This document shows positions 59,428 through 64,000 of a DNA stretch of 64,000 nt, piece after piece. Under the pieces are notes generated by a model that saw nothing but the letters and a program-made list of their open reading frames with translations, searched no databases and was not told the origin of the DNA. The position numbers and the translations under genes are program-made. The number at the start of each line of letters is the position of its first letter. The stretch's first letter is position 1. The DNA comes from a virus (taxonomy: Duplodnaviria; Caudoviricetes), in the IMG/VR virus record IMGVR_UViG_3300020120_000082, positions 32,001-96,000 of that record; one strand, given 5' to 3'.

Positions 59428-61384
59428 TCCCTTCTAGTGGATCGATAAATTCTTGCTTGTTTTCGTCCCAGGTATTGGCAAAGAACCCATCCTGGTCCAT
59501 GTCTTCCTGGAAATAGTCCTGGATGTCGTCGCTGTCGCAGTTGGCTTTTATGAAATTCAGAAGATCTGCGGTAGTTATGCCACTCAAAGAATTACTGGTG
59601 CGCACCTCTGTTGCCCAGTCCAGCCATTCAAATGCATTAGCCCAGCGATAGCTCATTTCTTTGCCTCATCTTCCAGGTCCATCATCCAGTTGTACAGATT
59701 GTGGTAGTAGCCGTCATCGGGGCCGACAAAGTTAATAATTGGGCCGATTACATCTTCGCGAATTTTTATGCCGCGCTCTCCGTCTTCATTAGCGACTTTC
59801 TCAAGTTGAGATAGAGCCATATTGATAGTGTTGATAGCTACTGTAACGTTATGGAGTTTCGTTCCAGCGTTCATTTGATCCCCAGTGCGCTGGCAATAAG
59901 CGCCAATCCGATAACCAGGACAGCCCCCAGCGTGAAGCATACGCCCCAGTACGCCAACGCTCCCTTCCAGCCGAGATCGCGAATGGTATAACCGATAACG
60001 GCAACAAAGAACGCTGCCGCCAAGACTATTCCGGCTATCAATTCAAATTGTTTTGTCATTTGTAACCAATCGCCTTTTTGTATTCTTCAAGCTGGGATCC
60101 GAATAAAGCACCTTCGTAATACTGCGTGGTTGCTACATCTACTGTAAATTCTTTCCAATCATATGACTCGCCGTTCAGCAACCTACTTAGCCATTCAACC
60201 AGCAACGGCACTTCATCCCGGCAATTTGGCACCTCAAAATGGTCGTCTACTTTGCCGAAGTGATCCAGCATCATGCGGATATTAGCTAACTTCTGTGCGT
60301 CGGAAACCATTCAAAAACTCCTTTTGGTCTGCTCTTCAAGCAGGATGGCCATTTCAAGCTGCCATTCGTCCCAGGTAACGCCCATCGATTTGTTGAGATC
60401 ATGGCAATGTCCGCAGAACCAGTTCCGATCATCCGGGAACTGATCGTATCCCTTCCAGTTATCACAGCCATCGCAGCCATGAATACGGTGTTTGATCTGG
60501 CAATAAACGCAAACGTCCCGAAGTACCCCATCGTGATCGTTGTAGTAATTGATATCGAATCCTGACTGGAAATTGCGGTGACATACATCACAGATAATTA
60601 TGTCTTCGTCGAACGGATGAATCATTACTCCCGCTCCCACCTGGTTCTCAGGATATAGTGCCTGCGTTGGACATTCGAGTAGGGAAACTCCGGGCTCCCG
60701 GAACAGGTTGGCATTCCATCGGAATACCAGCAGGGAACCAGCCAGATTTGCTCGACGCATTGCTTTCTCCAGTAAGCCAGTTCTCTATCAATCTCTAATT
60801 GTGGAACATCGGCCCAGGTTGTATCTAACATTAGTCATTTCCTGTTACTGGACAATTCAGCGCCACCGCATCGCCAAAAATATCAATCTCATTTGGCATG
60901 GGGTTAGTGATTACCATAACTTGAGCTGGACAATCCAAGCACTTGGCTATGGCATGAGTCTTGGAACTCCAAAATTCAATGCGGCGAAAGCGTCCCATAC
61001 GATGTCCGCGAAATTCGCAACTTTCCAGGGCTTCCAGCTTGAGTCGTCTCAGTGTGGTTGGCATCTTCTAATCCTCAAGCACAATGGCGGGATGGATTTC
61101 AAAGACCTCTCCAGATTTGAAGAAGTATTCTTCGATATCCTCGTCCGACAAAATCTCTGGAACTGGCCTGTAATTTGCATCGGTCTCCAGAAATTCTGTG
61201 TCCCACCAATAGCGCACAAACTCCTTCAATTTCTTCTGGGCTACCTCTTCCGCCTTGCAGACAAATGTGTCGACACCATGCTCGTGCTCAATAACTAGAA
61301 CCGAAACTTGATCGCTCATCTTTTTATCCTGTATACAGCCAATCAATTGCGCTGGAGCCTGTGACAGCCACAGCGCAGATGCAT

Positions 61385-62503
61385 TCAGTCGGTCGTAACC
61401 GATGCGTTCTGCAATTCCTTGATGCTCATTACAATTCCCAACTGGTTTACGCTGGCAGTCAATCTTTGCCCAATACTCAAACTGTCCCAACGAGCTTCAT
61501 CCAAAGAAACCTGATATTTCTTGCTTTCTTTCTGGTCTATCAGGTAAGCGGTGTATCCTTGAGTCTGCAAACCGACTCTTTGATTAGCACCGATCGAATA
61601 GGCTGGCCAGAATGGCTTGTGATCATTGGCTCCAGCATGCGCTACGTAATCCGGAACCCATTTCTCGATGTTGTAGGTGTACCAGGTGCCATAGACTGGA
61701 TCGTCTCGGTAGACAGGCACCTGTTCGCTATGAGTGTGCTCTTCGTAAGAATAAGTGGGCGTACAGACATCTTCTGAAAATCCATTCCCACTATCTTCTT
61801 CGTGGCAACTTTGGCCAGTCTGAACACGATCATTAGTTGTCCAGGTGCGAGTCTCATAGTGATCCAGCACATGATCGTAGCTTTCGATGCGCTGCTCACT
61901 GCTTACCAAGCGACCGCCAGGCGGGAGCGACCAACCCGACTCGGTGACTGTCCGGTAAGCTTCTATCTGGATATCGCGTGACCAGCTAAAGCCGGTGACG
62001 GATACCTGGATCTCGCGGGTGCTGAAAAACCAGAACCCGCCCAGAACAAGACCCAGGATCAGCAAGACTCCAGCGCCCCACTTCCAGGCGTCAGCCGGTA
62101 TCTCTGGGAATTTGAATGGCTCAGGCCCTAAATTCTCTGGCGGTGGCGGCTCCGGTTGGGGCGTGTATGTCCTGTGAATAGGAACGGGATCTGGAGCTAC
62201 TGGTGGCAGTGGATCTCGATGACTGGCACCACATTGAGCGCACTTTTCATCGCTGGCGATGTTGGCAGCACCGCAGAACTTACAATGCCAATCACGGCCA
62301 GCTTTTGCCAACCTGACCAATCCGGGATCGGAAACCGAGTCCGAACTGTGATGTGGCCCATCAACGGCTTCGCCCTCAAAGCCAGCTTTGAAGAACTTGA
62401 CGCTGTCTTCCCTGGGTTTGCCGCAGTTCTGGCAAACTTTATAGCGCCCCAGTTCTTCAGACTAGCAGTAACGACAGCGCCAGTGAAGTTCGTGGATAGC
62501 CAT
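61385..62503 (-). pseudogene. Double RanBP2-like Zn-finger, single-TM membrane protein interrupted by an in-frame TAG at codon 14
   Basis: ATG at 62503 gives MAIHELHWRCRYC*SEELGRYKVCQNCGKPR..., continuing in frame into WHCKFCGAAN...CAQCG, a TM segment and an extracellular domain. Confidence 0.65.
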
Positions 62504-62833
62504 CTAGTCTTCAAACTCCGAATAATCAACGTGCGTGTACACTTCCGCGGCCAGCGGAGAATTGCGGTCCATCCACGATTTACCGCAACAGCCGCACGTC
62601 CATTCGTAACCGCTGCACGATGGAATGTGATACACGTTCGGCCAGGAGTTCTTATTCACCCCGTCAATGCCGCAGTAGTAGAACCGCTGGTGCGGCGTAT
62701 TGGGCTGCATGTTCGAGTCTTCCCAAGCATAGGCGTTCCAGGCTCCACAGTCCGGGCATTGTTCTATGTCTGGGTTATCGCTAATGATCAGATCGTAAAA
62801 GTTCTCGGGATAGCCAAAGATGTACTCGGTCAT
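62504..62833 (-). CDS. Zn-ribbon hypothetical protein
   Basis: CPDC...CGCC. Confidence 0.6.
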   Translation of the reverse strand: MTEYIFGYPENFYDLIISDNPDIEQCPDCGAWNAYAWEDSNMQPNTPHQRFYYCGIDGVNKNSWPNVYHIPSCSGYEWTCGCCGKSWMDRNSPLAAEVYTHVDYSEFED

Positions 62834-63300
62834 TTTGCCCCTGCAACTTCCCCGCCGACCGCAAAATCAACAAATGTAGCCACGGCCTCTTCACAAGTCA
62901 GATCGAAATCCCAAACCAGATTTGAAAGCCAGCGAATATCCTTGAAGTCCCAGTAGATATAGTCCCGCTCGGTGCCCTCGTATTCATATGCGCCATGGAG
63001 TTCCAGATGCCCGTTGGTTCTGCCACCAAAGAATATCTTCCCGCCTGGATGTTTCTTCTCAAAATCATCCAGAACATCTTGCACAAATGAGAAGATCAGC
63101 GGATTTTCAAGCTCATCAAAGCAAGCGTTTTCCTCTTTGCGTGTCAACGGAAGATGGGTGATCTTTACCGTCCGAGAATAGTGCGGCTCGCTAAACATTC
63201 TCTCGGAATGGGTTGGATGCTTGAGCAAGAATTCGATCATGTCCTTGCGAGTCTGCGGTCTGCGACCAGAGAGATTGAGATAGTTGCTCATCCTTGCCAT
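62830..63300 (-). CDS. Hypothetical protein
   Basis: GGRTNGHL motif; tiling. Confidence 0.65.
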   Translation of the reverse strand: MARMSNYLNLSGRRPQTRKDMIEFLLKHPTHSERMFSEPHYSRTVKITHLPLTRKEENACFDELENPLIFSFVQDVLDDFEKKHPGGKIFFGGRTNGHLELHGAYEYEGTERDYIYWDFKDIRWLSNLVWDFDLTCEEAVATFVDFAVGGEVAGAK

Positions 63301-64000
63301 CCTAATCTTCTTGCCTCTTCAGTAGAGCAGCGGCACCGCCAATGAATGCAACGCACCAGGTAACGCTCAGAAATACAGCAATCACTACTGACCAGGTGTA
63401 ATTCCATTCCAGTCGGCCAAATAACTCCATCAGAAGTTGATAGATGACGAGCGGAAGAACAAACGTAACAGCTAGATAGACGCACATTATGATGCCAGCA
63501 ATGGCACCGATTTTCCAATCATCAAACAAACCGGGTTTATTCTTCATTTCGCCCTGATCTCCTTACTCGACATATATGTTCCTTCGGCAACTTCGGTCTT
63601 ATCTTTCTCGTAAGTGACAATGATGTCCTTGATGGTCACCGTATACTCACGTACCCAGCCATTCGGCTTGCAAATTTCTAACGCCCCCTCCACCGTGTTC
63701 CTACGCTCTCCGTCAGGGAAAACCAAATAAACAATCGTGGTTGATTTAGTCACGCGCTTGATCTTCTTCACTTTTTTCCCACTCCAGTTGCAGCATATTT
63801 TTCACTTTCACACCCTGGGACTGAAGAATGAGAACTTCCTTGGCCCTGGCAACGGCCTCGGCATGTGTTGGGTATCTGCCGTACATATCCAGGTCGTACT
63901 GAATGACTAGCGAGTTGGCTTTATATTTCTTCTTCTTGGGAAAATCCAAAACGTTGCAGAAATGACCGGTCGGCAAATGCTGTATAAATGTTTCGTAATC

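Larger units (their letters stand above)
46871..64000 (-). other. Dense array of roughly 50 small, mostly acidic, overlapping hypothetical genes (early/host-takeover-type region)
   Basis: Near-continuous ATGA/TAATG-coupled minus-strand ORFs, mostly 50-300 aa, many with GGAG RBS. Confidence 0.8.

Noticed and set aside
62156-62956. 266-aa plus-strand ORF and similar plus-strand ORFs across 15-64 kb
   Set aside because: They overlap well-tiled minus-strand genes and show no recognisable motifs.
1-64000. Genome-wide TAG recoding (genetic code 15)
   Set aside because: Several well-bounded genes end in TAG (e.g. 4505, 10774, 62504) and genes tile well under the standard code; only one internal TAG was noticed.

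Overview
This window is a 64-kb segment of a large tailed (Caudoviricetes) bacteriophage or prophage genome. The host is uncertain; a Chloroflexota-like monoderm is a plausible guess from the sortase, Thr/Pro-rich exported proteins and GH25 lysin. Positions 1-13.1 kb (+) hold the end of the virion/lysis operon: tape-measure C-terminus, tail hub proteins, a 2084-aa modular tail fibre/spike and a multi-domain GH25 endolysin, closed by a bidirectional terminator. Positions 13.2-64 kb (-) are one long, tightly tiled block. It carries surface/accessory genes (sortase fusion, lipoprotein, MazG-like, GH16), a tyrosine recombinase, recombination/replication genes (HerA-like ATPase, RecT-like SSAP, LexA-like HTH, DnaB-like and UvrD-like helicases, RNase HI), candidate counter-defence genes (Lar, SLOG, macrodomain, adenine MTase), two HNH endonucleases and dozens of small hypothetical genes. 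The best novel candidate is a self-contained cassette at 41.6-42.76 kb: promoter, a 249-aa uncharacterised protein, a ~300-nt structured RNA and a terminator. The RNA has hexamer repeats, a circularly permuted tRNA-like module of Y-RNA/YrlA topology (with a compensatory A19-U56 elbow pair) and a detached anticodon-like hairpin, and no Ro60 gene lies in the window. Other notable signals: a perfect 16-bp palindrome (ATTCCAGATCTGGAAT) dispersed six times, two further candidate ncRNAs, internal RBS/starts in the endolysin and an amber-interrupted zinc-finger membrane gene. All family assignments come from motif recognition by eye, not database searches.
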